Shown: positions 20,084 to 29,526 of the stretch, one piece after another
How positions within the stretch are numbered: the first letter of the stretch is position 1
Layout of the letters: each line of letters begins with the position of its first letter
NCBI GenBank assembly: GCA_963847855.1
Contig: CAWKBM010000002.1
Coordinates: 112,177 to 176,176 of the forward strand
Length of the DNA: 64,000 nucleotides
Origin: an uncultured Acidimicrobiales bacterium
GTDB taxonomy: Bacteria > Actinomycetota > Acidimicrobiia > Acidimicrobiales > DATKAS01
Reading direction: 5' to 3'
Notes under the pieces: model-generated
Databases searched by the model: none
What the model saw: the letters and a program-made list of their open reading frames with translations, nothing else
Told to the model about the DNA's origin: nothing
Translations under genes and position numbers: made by a program

Positions 20084-20848
20084 CCGCCGCCCGACGCTCC
20101 GGTGTCCGCCTGTGATTGCTTCGCGCAGTCCGCGAAGTCGCTGCTGTCGAACATGTCACCCGTCTGCCCGGCAGGGGGCTCGATCTGTGGTCCGCTGCTG
20201 TCCGCCGAGAACGAAAGCAGACGGCCCTTCGAGTCCGGCTTCGGCTCGGGCACCTTCCACCCGTGCTCGATCATGCAGTCGCGCCATGCGAGGTACTGCT
20301 TGTTCTGCGCCTCGATCTGGTCGGGCGTCAGGTCGTTCTGGGCGGTCTGCATCTCCTGCAACGCCTGCACGATGTTGCTCTGCGCGGCGCAGGTCTGGAG
20401 GCCTTTGATGTAGGCCGGGTCGTTCGTCGGCGAGTCTGGCTTGTTCGCATCAGGCACTCCGAGGAACGAGAGGCCCTGGTTCTTCAAGCACGAGCGGAAC
20501 GTGCCGAACGCGGTGAAGAACTTGGTGACCGGATCTTGCTGCGCGAGGGGGATCGTGTCGCTCGGCGCGGCGGTCGTCGCGGCTCCCGACGCGGCCCCTG
20601 CCGCCACTTCGCCGACCGGGGCGCCCGCTTGCCCTCCCGCTGCCGCGCTCGACGACGGCGCGGCCACTTGCTCGCCAGGCTTGGTCAGCGTGTAGCCGTC
20701 GGGCAGCTGGATGTTGACCTGGCCCGCTTCGATGATGTTGTCGCCGGCGGTGTTACTGCCGCCGCCAGCACGACGTGAGGACGAACGCGGTCAGCGCAAG
20801 GCCCGACGCGACGATCGCGCGCCACCGAACCCCCCGACCCCCCGGCAC
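20080..20848 (-). CDS. Cys-rich lipoprotein, first gene of the ABC operon; one extra base near 20768
   Basis: GTG 20848, then VPGGRGVRWRAIVASGLALTAFVLTSC (lipobox). Ignoring one T restores ..TSC-GGGSNTAGDNIIEAGQVNIQLPDGY.., which continues into ORF 20080-20667. The stop overlaps the adaptor start (ATGA 20080-20083). Confidence 0.6.
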
Positions 20849-20880
20849 CTTGGCAAGGTACCAAAGGCGCCTCGGCCGAC

Positions 20881-21987
20881 CTAAGCAGGTCGGCGGGCTC
20901 GGAGCGCGACGAAGGCGGGCTCGAGGTTCAGTCGTCGGTGCATGCGGGGGCTGACCGCCGCCCGGTCGGCGGGCGGGACCGGTTCGACCAGACGATCGAG
21001 CACGAGTCCTGAGCCCAGCACCTCGTCGAGGAGGACGCCCATCGGGATCCGCCAGAACGGCACCCGCCACAGTCCGCCGAGCCCGTCGAAGAACGCGTCG
21101 ACGCGCTCGACCGTGAAGTAGCTGCCTCCCGACTGCAGCCAGTCGGACGTCGGGTGGCTCGTCGACAGCACCAGCCACCCGCCGGGCCGGAGCACGCGGC
21201 AGACCTCCGACAGCAGGCCCGCCCGGTTGTCGATGTGGTGGTACACGAGTGGCATCAGGGCGCCGTCGAAGGACTCGTCGTCGAACATCGTCAGCGGACG
21301 TTCGAGGTCGTGCTCGACGAGCTCGACGTCGGCGCCCACGCGGGCGCGGGCACGCCCGAGCTGCTCTGCGCTCCCGTCGACGCCGACGACATCAGCCCCC
21401 CGCCCGATGAGCTCGGTGAGGTAGAGGCCCGACCCGCATCCGATGTCGGCGAGCCGCAGTCCGCCGACATCACCGCAGAGCTCGAGCACCGCGGGACGGT
21501 CGTAGTGCGCGTTGTAGAAGCCATCCTCGGCGTGCTCGTCCCACCACTCCGACATCTCGTCGTAGACCGCGGGGACGTCGCTGACGACGGACTGCTCGAT
21601 CCGCGGGTCCGTGAGGCGTTGGATCGTCGATGCGAGCTCGGCCCGAGTGGGGGCTCGGGATGGATCGGGCTCCTCGGCGCGGAGGTGGAGCTCCACGTGT
21701 GTCGCTGAAGCACCCGAGATCTCGTAGGAGATGCGCGGTGCACCAGTCACATCTCGCAGTGCTCGCGCGGCGAGGAGTGCCTCCTCCCAGAAGCGCCTGC
21801 GATCGAGCCCGAGCAGCTCGAACGGCTCTCGCACGTGATGACGGGACACAACGCGCACCGCGGTCACGGGCTCGGCGGCGGACGCGATGACCGCTGACGA
21901 GTCGAACGCGAACACCGTGCCCGGGTCCTCGCCGAACTCGCAGAGGTCGCATGCGGGGCCAGGAGCTGTCATCCGCACAGCATGCAA
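20881..21987 (-). CDS. HIT-like domain fused to class I SAM-dependent methyltransferase
   Basis: The N-terminal ~120 aa have CDLCEF.. and a degenerate triad THVELHL. The C-terminal part has SAM motif I DIGCGSGLY and LRPGGWLVLS. ATG 21972 is an alternative start. Confidence 0.7.
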   Translation of the reverse strand: MHAVRMTAPGPACDLCEFGEDPGTVFAFDSSAVIASAAEPVTAVRVVSRHHVREPFELLGLDRRRFWEEALLAARALRDVTGAPRISYEISGASATHVELHLRAEEPDPSRAPTRAELASTIQRLTDPRIEQSVVSDVPAVYDEMSEWWDEHAEDGFYNAHYDRPAVLELCGDVGGLRLADIGCGSGLYLTELIGRGADVVGVDGSAEQLGRARARVGADVELVEHDLERPLTMFDDESFDGALMPLVYHHIDNRAGLLSEVCRVLRPGGWLVLSTSHPTSDWLQSGGSYFTVERVDAFFDGLGGLWRVPFWRIPMGVLLDEVLGSGLVLDRLVEPVPPADRAAVSPRMHRRLNLEPAFVALRARRPA

Positions 21988-21992
21988 GATGA

Positions 21993-23828
21993 GTGCCAGA
22001 TGGCGTTCAAGAGAGCGAAATCTCGGTGGGGCAGGATCTGCACACTGTGGCGGACCTCCCCCTGGCTCGGGTGCTTGCGTCCATGACCGAGCGCGTGGCC
22101 GCGATCGACGATGGCCTCCCTGCGACGTACATCCCCGTCCTCGCCGAGGCCGACCCGAGGTGGTTCGGGATGGCGCTCATCACGATGGACGGGCATAGCT
22201 ATTCGTCGGGCGACTCCGACCGCGCCTTCACGATCCAGTCGGTGTCGAAGCCCTTCGTCTTCGGGTTGGTCGTCGACGCGCACGGCCCGGACGCGGTCGC
22301 TCGACGCGTCGGCGTCGAGCCGACCGGCGACCCGTTCAACTCGATCGCCGTCGAGGAGGAGTCACGACGCGCCCACAACCCGATGGTGAACGCGGGCGCC
22401 ATCGTCGCCACGAGCATGGTGCCGGGCAGCGACCGCGAGGAGAAGTGGACCTACCTCAGGGAGGGCTTTGAGCGGTTCGTCGGCCATCCAGTCCGGGTCG
22501 ACGAGCGCACTTTCGCTTCCGAACAGGCCACGGGTGATCGCAATCGGGCGATCGCGTACTTCATGCGAGCGTTCGACATGCTGCCGACCGACGTGGAGGA
22601 CGTGCTCGACCTGTACTTCCGCCAGTGCTCGATCCTCGTGACCGCTGAGGACCTCGCGGTCATGGCGGCGACGCTCGCCAACGGCGGGGTCAACCCGGTG
22701 ACCGGCGAGCGGGCGTTGAGCGAGGCCACCGCGGTCAGGGTGCTGAGTGTGATGACGACGTGCGGCATGTACGACTTCTCGGGCGAGTGGATGTACCGCG
22801 TCGGGCTCCCAGCGAAGAGCGGCGTGTCGGGCGGCATCCTCGCTGTCGCTCCCGGACAGCTCGGGTTCGCGGTCTTCTCGCCGCCGATCGATCGACGGGG
22901 CAACAGCGTGAGGGGGATCGCCGCGTGCGAGGAGCTCGCCGGTCGGTTCCGTCTTCAGCTGCACCAGGCGCACGAGGCGGGGCTCAACGCGGTGCGGAGG
23001 CAGTTCCGCGGTGACGTCGTCCATTCGAAGCGTCGCCGTCCGATGTCCGCGATGGCGTGGCTTCGAGACCACGGGTCGCGGATCGGCGTCGCGGAGCTGC
23101 AGGGAGAGCTGTTCTTCGCGTCGGCCGAGGTCGTCTCGCGGGCGGTTTGCGAGGTCTTGCCCGACCTCGACTACGTGATCCTCGACGGCCGGCGCGTCAC
23201 GACTATCGACACCGGCGCGCGGGAGGTGCTCGCCGCGCTGCGAGACCTCGCGGCGGCGCAGGGCGTCGAGATGATCGCGTCCGCACTTCCCGGAGCGCAG
23301 ACCGAGGCGATGTTCGCCAGCCTCGACGAAGCGCTCGAGTGGTGCGAGGACTCGCTCATGCGAGACATGGACGAGGTGGAGAGGGAGGCCGACTCAGGTG
23401 AGTTCGCCGCGCAGCAGCTCTTCGCGGGTCTCGACGCCGATGCTCGCCTGGCCGTCGACGAGATCGCCGAGGTGTGCACGATCGAGCCCGGGCGCGAGGT
23501 CTTCGCGGAGGGGGATCCCGCCGATGGCATCTACTCAGTCGTGGCCGGCTCGTTGAGCGTGTGGATCTGCAAGGGCGACGAGCGCCAGCGTGTCGCAACG
23601 CTGGGGGTCGGTTCGACGTTCGGCGAGATGGCGTTCATCGACGGGCGACCGCGCTCCACCACGATCGTCGCCGACACGACGGTGGTGGTGAAGCGACTGA
23701 CCGAAGCGAGCCTGACCGCCCTCGAGGAGCGCGTGCCTCACGTGCGATCGGTGCTCTTCGCGAACCTCGCGCGCGATCTCTCGTCGCGGCTGCGCGACGC
23801 CAACGACGAGATCAGGGCGCTCGCCTGA
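21993..23828 (+). CDS. glsA: glutaminase A fused to STAS and cyclic-nucleotide-binding domains
   Basis: Glutaminase motifs YIPVLAEADP, QSVSKPFVF, NPMVNAGAI. STAS-like VAELQGELFFASAEVV. cNMP-binding FAEGDPADGIYSVVAGS..FGEMAFIDGRPRSTTIVA. The start may be internal (GTG ~22026 or ATG 22083), because only 5 nt separate it from the divergent gene. Confidence 0.85.
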   Translation: MPDGVQESEISVGQDLHTVADLPLARVLASMTERVAAIDDGLPATYIPVLAEADPRWFGMALITMDGHSYSSGDSDRAFTIQSVSKPFVFGLVVDAHGPDAVARRVGVEPTGDPFNSIAVEEESRRAHNPMVNAGAIVATSMVPGSDREEKWTYLREGFERFVGHPVRVDERTFASEQATGDRNRAIAYFMRAFDMLPTDVEDVLDLYFRQCSILVTAEDLAVMAATLANGGVNPVTGERALSEATAVRVLSVMTTCGMYDFSGEWMYRVGLPAKSGVSGGILAVAPGQLGFAVFSPPIDRRGNSVRGIAACEELAGRFRLQLHQAHEAGLNAVRRQFRGDVVHSKRRRPMSAMAWLRDHGSRIGVAELQGELFFASAEVVSRAVCEVLPDLDYVILDGRRVTTIDTGAREVLAALRDLAAAQGVEMIASALPGAQTEAMFASLDEALEWCEDSLMRDMDEVEREADSGEFAAQQLFAGLDADARLAVDEIAEVCTIEPGREVFAEGDPADGIYSVVAGSLSVWICKGDERQRVATLGVGSTFGEMAFIDGRPRSTTIVADTTVVVKRLTEASLTALEERVPHVRSVLFANLARDLSSRLRDANDEIRALA

Positions 23829-23838
23829 TCGCCCGGCG

Positions 23839-24387
23839 CTAGCGCTTCTTGGAGACCAGCTTCTCGAGCAGATCCTCGATGCGGTCGAGCCGCGCGCCCA
23901 CGTCGCCGTTGCCGTCGCTCGTCGCGTGGCCGTTCTCGGCGGCACACAGCTGGTCGTAGCACCCGTGCAGGAGTCGATCGCTGTCGCGCTCCTCCGCGAT
24001 GTAACGACCGAGCAGCGCCCCGGTCTGGATGTCGATCGACTTGTCGTCGAAGAACTTCGAGAAGATGTCAGGGGCCGACTCGTCCCGAGCGCGGGAGAAG
24101 CCGAGCTTCTCGAACTTCTCGCGGTCGGTCAGCGACTTCGACCCGGCGATGGCCATCTTGTCGTCGAGCTTGGGATCCTCGCGCGGGAGCACCGTGTAGC
24201 CGAGCTCGCAGAGCCGCTTCGCGAATGCCTTGCCGTGCTCGCCCTCACGAAGGGCGACAGTCGAGATCACCTGTCGCACTCCGTCGTCGGGAGTGACTGC
24301 GGCCCATGCGTTCAGGTAGCACTCGGCTTGGCTCTCACCGTTCGCGACAGCGTTCAAAAGGCCGAGGTAGGAAGGCTTGTCCGACAT
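23839..24387 (-). CDS. hypothetical protein, possibly ferritin-like helical
   Basis: 182 aa from ATG 24387, preceded by AAGGGGGAA. GC3-rich, no family recognised with confidence. Co-directional with the upstream LLM gene. Confidence 0.5.
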   Translation of the reverse strand: MSDKPSYLGLLNAVANGESQAECYLNAWAAVTPDDGVRQVISTVALREGEHGKAFAKRLCELGYTVLPREDPKLDDKMAIAGSKSLTDREKFEKLGFSRARDESAPDIFSKFFDDKSIDIQTGALLGRYIAEERDSDRLLHGCYDQLCAAENGHATSDGNGDVGARLDRIEDLLEKLVSKKR

Positions 24388-24454
24388 CTTGAGTTCCCCC
24401 TTGTCGAGATGCTTGCAGACTACAGACACCGGTTTGGGCCCGGCAACGGGGACC

Positions 24455-25339
24455 TCAGCCGATCGACGCGGTCGGCTTGATCACTCGTTCGGCGAACGCC
24501 TCCATTGCGTCGCGCTCAGAGGGCTTGCGGAGCAAGAAGGCGGGCACGATGACCCGGCCGACCCCGAGCTCGGCGAGCTCCTGGGCCGCGCCCACCGGGT
24601 CGTCACCGAAGATTGCCGCGCTGCCTGCGGTGACGGAGATCGCCTCCGGGTCGCGGTCGTGCGCGGCGGCGGTCTGGCGCACGATGTCGATCATCTCGCG
24701 CAGCTCGGCGGGGGAGCCCTTGCCGGGGAAGAAGCCGTCGCCGAGCCGCCCGGCGCGTTCGGCAGCGACGCGCGAGTGGCCGCCGATCACGATCGGGATC
24801 TGCCCCTGGGGTGGCTTCGGGTTCGACGACACCCGGGTGAACGAAGCGAAGTCGCCCTCGAAGCTCGCTCCGTCGGATGCCCAGAGCGCGCGGATGGCGG
24901 CGACGTACTCGTCAGTGCGCGCGCCGCGGCGCTCCCAAGGGATGCCGAGCGCGTCGAACTCCTCGCGGAGCCAGCCGACGCCGATGCCGAGCTCGACGCG
25001 TCCGGCCGACAGCTCGTCGAGCGTCGCGAGCTCCTTGGCGAGCACCACGGGGTTTCGTTCGGGGAGGATCAGGATGCCGGTCGCCAACCGGATCGACGTC
25101 GTCACCGACGCCACGAACGCGAGCCAGATGAGCGGATCGGGGATCGGCGTCGACGCCTGCGCCGGCATCTTGCCGTCGGGGCTGTACGGATAGGGCGAGC
25201 TGTAGTCGTCCGGGTAGACGACATGCTCGACGGTCCACAAGGACTCGAACCCTGCGTCGTCGGCCGCACGAGCGAGCTCGATCGCGCCAGGACCCTTGGT
25301 CCACTGCATGGTGTTGACGAAGGCGAGTCCGTACTTCAT
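24455..25339 (-). CDS. LLM-class F420-dependent oxidoreductase
   Basis: 294 aa with GFESLWTVEHVV, RVELGIGVGW and PIVIGGHS motifs. Confidence 0.8.
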   Translation of the reverse strand: MKYGLAFVNTMQWTKGPGAIELARAADDAGFESLWTVEHVVYPDDYSSPYPYSPDGKMPAQASTPIPDPLIWLAFVASVTTSIRLATGILILPERNPVVLAKELATLDELSAGRVELGIGVGWLREEFDALGIPWERRGARTDEYVAAIRALWASDGASFEGDFASFTRVSSNPKPPQGQIPIVIGGHSRVAAERAGRLGDGFFPGKGSPAELREMIDIVRQTAAAHDRDPEAISVTAGSAAIFGDDPVGAAQELAELGVGRVIVPAFLLRKPSERDAMEAFAERVIKPTASIG

Positions 25340-25367
25340 GGGGCGACGCTACTCATGGGTGCTCGCC

Positions 25368-25526
25368 TCAGCACTTGATCGTGGTGCCGCTTCCCGCGCC
25401 GGCGAGGTTCGCGGCCGTGCAGTCGAATCGCTGCTGCGTCTTGTCTTCCTGTTGCGTGGCGCCGCTCGTCTTGCAGCCCGCGGACGTCACGAGCGTGAGG
25501 AGGGCGGCGATGGCCACGCGGCGCAT
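25368..25526 (-). CDS. small lipoprotein (52 aa)
   Basis: MRRVAIAALLTLVTSAGC lipobox, with further Cys in the mature part. The ORF-track start at 25586 looks too far upstream. Confidence 0.45.
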   Translation of the reverse strand: MRRVAIAALLTLVTSAGCKTSGATQQEDKTQQRFDCTAANLAGAGSGTTIKC

Positions 25527-25569
25527 GGACTCAGGGTAGGGCGCACGAGACCGGCGATACCGTGATCCG

Positions 25570-25923
25570 GTGACTGCTCGGTTCAAGGACCTCTGCCTCG
25601 ACGCCGCTGATCATCAATCGCTCTCGGATTGGTGGTGCGCGGCGCTCGGCTACGAGCGTCACCTCGAGCCAGGGGAGGTGCGCCCGCGCGAGAAGTCGGT
25701 GCCGATCGTCGATCCGGGCGGAGCCGGGCCCCTCATCTGGGTGATCCCCGTGCCCGAGCACAAGGTCCTGAAGAACCGAATGCACATCGATGTGTGGGGT
25801 GACGTCGACGAGCTGGTCGCTCTGGGCGCGACTGTTGTGCTCGCGAGAGGCGACGACCGATGGTGGGACGTGCTCGCTGATCCCGAAGGCAACGAGTTCT
25901 GCGTCTTCGCCCCTCGGGCGTAG
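25570..25923 (+). CDS. VOC (glyoxalase/bleomycin-resistance) family protein
   Basis: 117 aa with KNRMHIDV and the C-terminal LADPEGNEFCV motif. Confidence 0.75.
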   Translation: MTARFKDLCLDAADHQSLSDWWCAALGYERHLEPGEVRPREKSVPIVDPGGAGPLIWVIPVPEHKVLKNRMHIDVWGDVDELVALGATVVLARGDDRWWDVLADPEGNEFCVFAPRA

Positions 25924-25924
25924 A

Positions 25925-26911
25925 TCAGGCGATCGCTGCCGCAAAGCTCGCCTTGAGCGTCGGCAACAAGACTGACCCGTCCTCCGACTCTGTCGCGCTG
26001 GCCCACGCGTGCAGGATGTGCAGCGCCTCCCACTGACGCACACGGACCGGATCCAGAGGCTGCGCGCGCTGCTGGGCGCGGAGATACCGATCGGCGAGCC
26101 GTCCGAGGGCAAGGGACATCGCGGCGCGCTTCACAGGATCGGGCGCGGGCGGCCCACCCCCGGTGCGCAGCAGCCAGGCGGTGCGCGCGACGTCACCGTG
26201 GCGATCGCCCAGAGCAGAGTCCGTCCAATCGATGACCGTCGCCGTTCGATCGGCAACGAGCACGTTCAGAGGGTGGAAGTCGCCGTGGCATGGCACGACG
26301 GGTCCCGTTTCGAGCGACGGGAGCAGTGGTTCGACGCGGTCGAGTGCATCGGTGAGCTCGGCGTCGCGGGTGGTCGCGACGACTCGCCGGACGAGACCCA
26401 AGCGACGTTCCGCGAGACGGGGTGCTCCTCCCTCCGGCCATCCGTCGACGGGCAGCTCGTGCAGTCGACATTGGAGAGCTCCCAACCGGTCGATCATCTG
26501 CGCGGCCTTCCACGGTGCGTGCTTCCCGGCGTCGAGCATCGCGACGCCCCGTGCGCGCTCCATGATCTGGACAGGGAGGGGGATCAGCTCACCCGGGGCG
26601 AAGAGCGCCAGGACGCGTGGTGCGGGGTATCCACGCTCGGCACACCACTCTTGGATCGCGGCCTCGCGGGCGCTCGCGTCTGCTTCGCGCGCTGATTGGT
26701 GGATGCGCACCACGAGCGGTTCGGTCCACTCGCTCGGAAGGTTGGGGCCCGCGAAGCGCACGAGATGGATCAGGGTTGCCCGCCCTGCGCTGTTGGAGCG
26801 CGCCGGCTCGACCCCATACACACGCGCTCCGTAGATGTGCTCGAGCCACGTCCGGACCGCTCCGGCGACGGCTTCAGAGCTGCGCGCGTCGACCTCGTGG
26901 GCCTCCGCCAT
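25925..26911 (-). CDS. aminoglycoside/choline-kinase-like phosphotransferase (APH family)
   Basis: 329 aa from ATG 26911. Catalytic loop CHGDFHPLNVLV followed by IDWTDSALGDRHGDVA. The ORF-track N-terminal extension to 27160 overlaps the next gene. Confidence 0.75.
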   Translation of the reverse strand: MAEAHEVDARSSEAVAGAVRTWLEHIYGARVYGVEPARSNSAGRATLIHLVRFAGPNLPSEWTEPLVVRIHQSAREADASAREAAIQEWCAERGYPAPRVLALFAPGELIPLPVQIMERARGVAMLDAGKHAPWKAAQMIDRLGALQCRLHELPVDGWPEGGAPRLAERRLGLVRRVVATTRDAELTDALDRVEPLLPSLETGPVVPCHGDFHPLNVLVADRTATVIDWTDSALGDRHGDVARTAWLLRTGGGPPAPDPVKRAAMSLALGRLADRYLRAQQRAQPLDPVRVRQWEALHILHAWASATESEDGSVLLPTLKASFAAAIA

Positions 26912-26913
26912 CG

Positions 26914-27276
26914 TCAGGGGCGAGCTTCGTGGAGGCGCAGGTCGTCGAGCGTGATCCACTCGAGCGCGCGGGCATGCGTCGCCGACAGCACCACCCGCGG
27001 CGCGGCGCCCGCATCGAACGCCTCGACCCAGCGATCCGCGCACACGCACCATTGGTCGTTCGGCTGCAATCCCGCGAACCCGAACGCAGGCTGTGGCGTC
27101 GAGAGGTCGTTGCCGGCGGCCTTGCTGAAGGCCAGGAACTCCTCGGTGACGCGCACGCACACGACATGCACGCCGAGATCGTCACCGCCGGTGTCGCAGC
27201 AGCCGTTGCGGTAGAAGCCGGTGAGTGGGTCGAGGGAGCACGGCTCGAGCTCGCCGCCGAGCACGTTCTGTGCCAT
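26914..27276 (-). CDS. DUF2237-family protein
   Basis: 120 aa: NVLGGELEPCSLDPLTGFYRNGCCDTGGDDLGVHVVC..GNDLSTP..WCVCADRW. This is the C-terminal part of ORF 26914-27714. Confidence 0.7.
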   Translation of the reverse strand: MAQNVLGGELEPCSLDPLTGFYRNGCCDTGGDDLGVHVVCVRVTEEFLAFSKAAGNDLSTPQPAFGFAGLQPNDQWCVCADRWVEAFDAGAAPRVVLSATHARALEWITLDDLRLHEARP

Positions 27277-28247
27277 CAGGCCGCCGCGCTCGACGGATAC
27301 GTGACGCCGGTGAGCCCTTCGGACATCGACCAGAGCAGCGCTGCCGCAGCAGGATCCTGAGCGCCCTTCGAGCGCCGCGCCTTGGTCACGCCGCTGCCGG
27401 TCATCTCGAGGAAGCCAGACGGCCCGTAGTAGCCGGCCCCGACCGCGTCGAGGTTCGTTGCTGCGTAGAGCGTGGGGAGCGCACCCTGCGCTGCATCTTG
27501 TGCCACACCGGGAAGTCGCATGGGCAGCTCGATCAGCGTGCTGCGCAGGCTGCCCTCCCCGCCGAGCGTTGGGCCGCTGGTCTGCAGGTTCGTCCGTGTC
27601 GAGCCGGGATGAGCGGCATCGCTGAGGATCCCCCAGCCGTTCGCCTCGCTCAGTCGCTGGAGCTCCTGCGCGAACAAGAGGTTCGCCAGCTTCGACTGTG
27701 AGTACGCAGTCCACGCGTGGTAGCCGCGCTCGAGCTGCAGATCGTCGAAGTGAATCGAGCCCATGCGGTGGGCGATGCTGCTGATCGTCGTGACCCGCGG
27801 CGAGGTTGCGGCGCGCAGAAGAGGGAGCAGGCGTCCCGTCAGCGCGAAGTGTCCGAGGTGGTTGGTGCCGAGCTGCAGCTCGAACCCGTCACTCGTCACA
27901 TGTCGCTTCGGTACCGCCATCACGCCCGCGTTGTTGACGAGGAGGTCGATCGGTCGGCCCTCGGCGGTCATCGCACCCGCGAACTCCTCCACGGAGGCGA
28001 GGCTCGCGAGGTCGAGCGCGCGCACGCTCACGGCTGCCTCGGGCGCGGTCCCTTTGATGTCGTCCGCCGCGTCGGTGCCCTTCGCGATGGTGCGCACTGC
28101 GAGGACGACCTCGGCGCCTGCCATCGCGAGGCGACGCGCCGCCTCGAGCCCGATGCCGCTGTTCGCTCCTGTGACGACGGCGAGCCTGCCGGTCTGATCG
28201 GGGATGTCGATCTCGGTAGCCTCGCCGCGGGCAGTTGTACGGTGCAA
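27276..28247 (-). CDS. short-chain dehydrogenase/reductase
   Basis: [28 protein letters not shown] and the catalytic YSQSK. Likely TTG start at 28247; the longer ORF-track N-terminus overlaps the divergent LLM gene. Confidence 0.8.
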   Translation of the reverse strand: MHRTTARGEATEIDIPDQTGRLAVVTGANSGIGLEAARRLAMAGAEVVLAVRTIAKGTDAADDIKGTAPEAAVSVRALDLASLASVEEFAGAMTAEGRPIDLLVNNAGVMAVPKRHVTSDGFELQLGTNHLGHFALTGRLLPLLRAATSPRVTTISSIAHRMGSIHFDDLQLERGYHAWTAYSQSKLANLLFAQELQRLSEANGWGILSDAAHPGSTRTNLQTSGPTLGGEGSLRSTLIELPMRLPGVAQDAAQGALPTLYAATNLDAVGAGYYGPSGFLEMTGSGVTKARRSKGAQDPAAAALLWSMSEGLTGVTYPSSAAA

Positions 28248-28250
28248 CCT

Positions 28251-29526
28251 GTGAAGTTCACCTGGTTCAACCTCATGCCGTGGCCCGATCTGCCGGATGA
28301 CTTCCGGGACACCGAACGCTCGGTCTGGGTCGACATCCCGAGCTCGCTGTTCGACCCGAGCGGGCGCAACGCGGTCTACAACGAGTACATGGATCAGCTC
28401 GAGTACGCCGACGTCCGTCGGCTTCGACGGCATCGGCGTCAACGAGCACCACCAGAACGGCTACGGCATCATGCCGAGCCCGAACATCATCGCCGCCGGC
28501 CTGGCGCGGCGCACGAGTCAACGCGGCGATCTGCGTGATCGGCAACTCGATCGCGCTGTACAACCCGCCGATCCGTGTGGCCGAGGAGTTCGCGATGCTC
28601 GACTGCATCTCGCGGCGGCCGGCTCGTCGCCGGCTTCCCGGTCGGCACGCCGATGGACACGAACTTCTGCTACGGCCAGATCCCGGCGCTGACCCGCGAC
28701 AAGTACCGCGAGGCGCACGAGCTGATCATGAAGGCGTGGGCACGAGCCCGAGCCGTTCGCCTTCGACGGCAAGTACAACCAGCTGCGCTACGTCAACTGC
28801 TGGCCGCAGCCGATCCAGCAGCCGCATCCGCCGATCTACATCCCGGGCGGCGGGTCGATCGAGACGTGGGACTTCTGCCTCGACCACGACTACAACTACT
28901 CCTACCTCTCCTTCGGCGGCTACATGGCCGGCAAGACGCTGCTCGACGGCTACTGGGAGCGGCGTCGCGGACGCGGCGACAAGGACGACTCCCCGTACCG
29001 GGCCAGCGTTCGCCCAGATCATCTGCGTGGCCGACACCGACGAGGAGGCCGAGAAGCTCTACGCCGAGCACATCCTCTACTTCTTCAACCGCTGCCTGCA
29101 CGTGTACCCGGGCTTCTCCGACCCGCCCGGCTACCGCACGGTCAACACGATCAAGGCCGGCATGCTCGACCAGTTCCGGGCCGAGAACGCATGGAGCTGT
29201 TCCCGAAGCTGACCTGGAAGGACCTCGTCGACGGCGGCTTCGTGATCGCCGGCAGCCCCGACACCGTGCGCGACCGGATGGAGGACATGATCCACGTCGC
29301 TGCGGGTCGGCCACGTGTTCTGCCTGATGCACAACGGGCAACATGCCGGACTGGAAGACGCGCTACTCGACCCAGCTGTTCGCCGAGAAGGTGATGCCGC
29401 AGCCTGCGCAACATGTGGCCCGACCACGAGGGCGACGATCGGTGGTGGATCCATCCGCTCGAGGAGCGGGTGCATGCCGACGAGACGTTCGCCGACGCAC
29501 GCCGCCACGGGGAGGTCCCGCAGTGA
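28251..29526 (+). pseudogene. LLM-class flavin monooxygenase interrupted by about 9 frame breaks
   Basis: The family-like sequence can be followed through frames 0>1>2>0>1>2>1>2>0>1. Segments: [18 protein letters not shown].. / [29 protein letters not shown] / AICVIGNSIALYNPPIRVAEEFAMLD / GGRLVAGFPVGTPMDTNFCYG / FAFDGKYNQLRYVNCWPQP..IYIPGGGS / FAQIICVADTDEEAEKLY / MELFPKLTWKDLVDGGFVIAGSPDTV / LRVGHVFCLMHNG / MPDWKTRYSTQLFAEKVMPQ / LRNMWPDHEG..*. Confidence 0.7.

Noticed and set aside
28251-29526. Programmed ribosomal frameshifting or recoding as an explanation for the split LLM gene (and TGA read-through or selenocysteine at 45352-45354)
   Set aside because: Nine shifts in one gene have no precedent for programmed events, and I saw no slippery heptamers or SECIS-like structure. 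TGA is used as an ordinary stop throughout the window.
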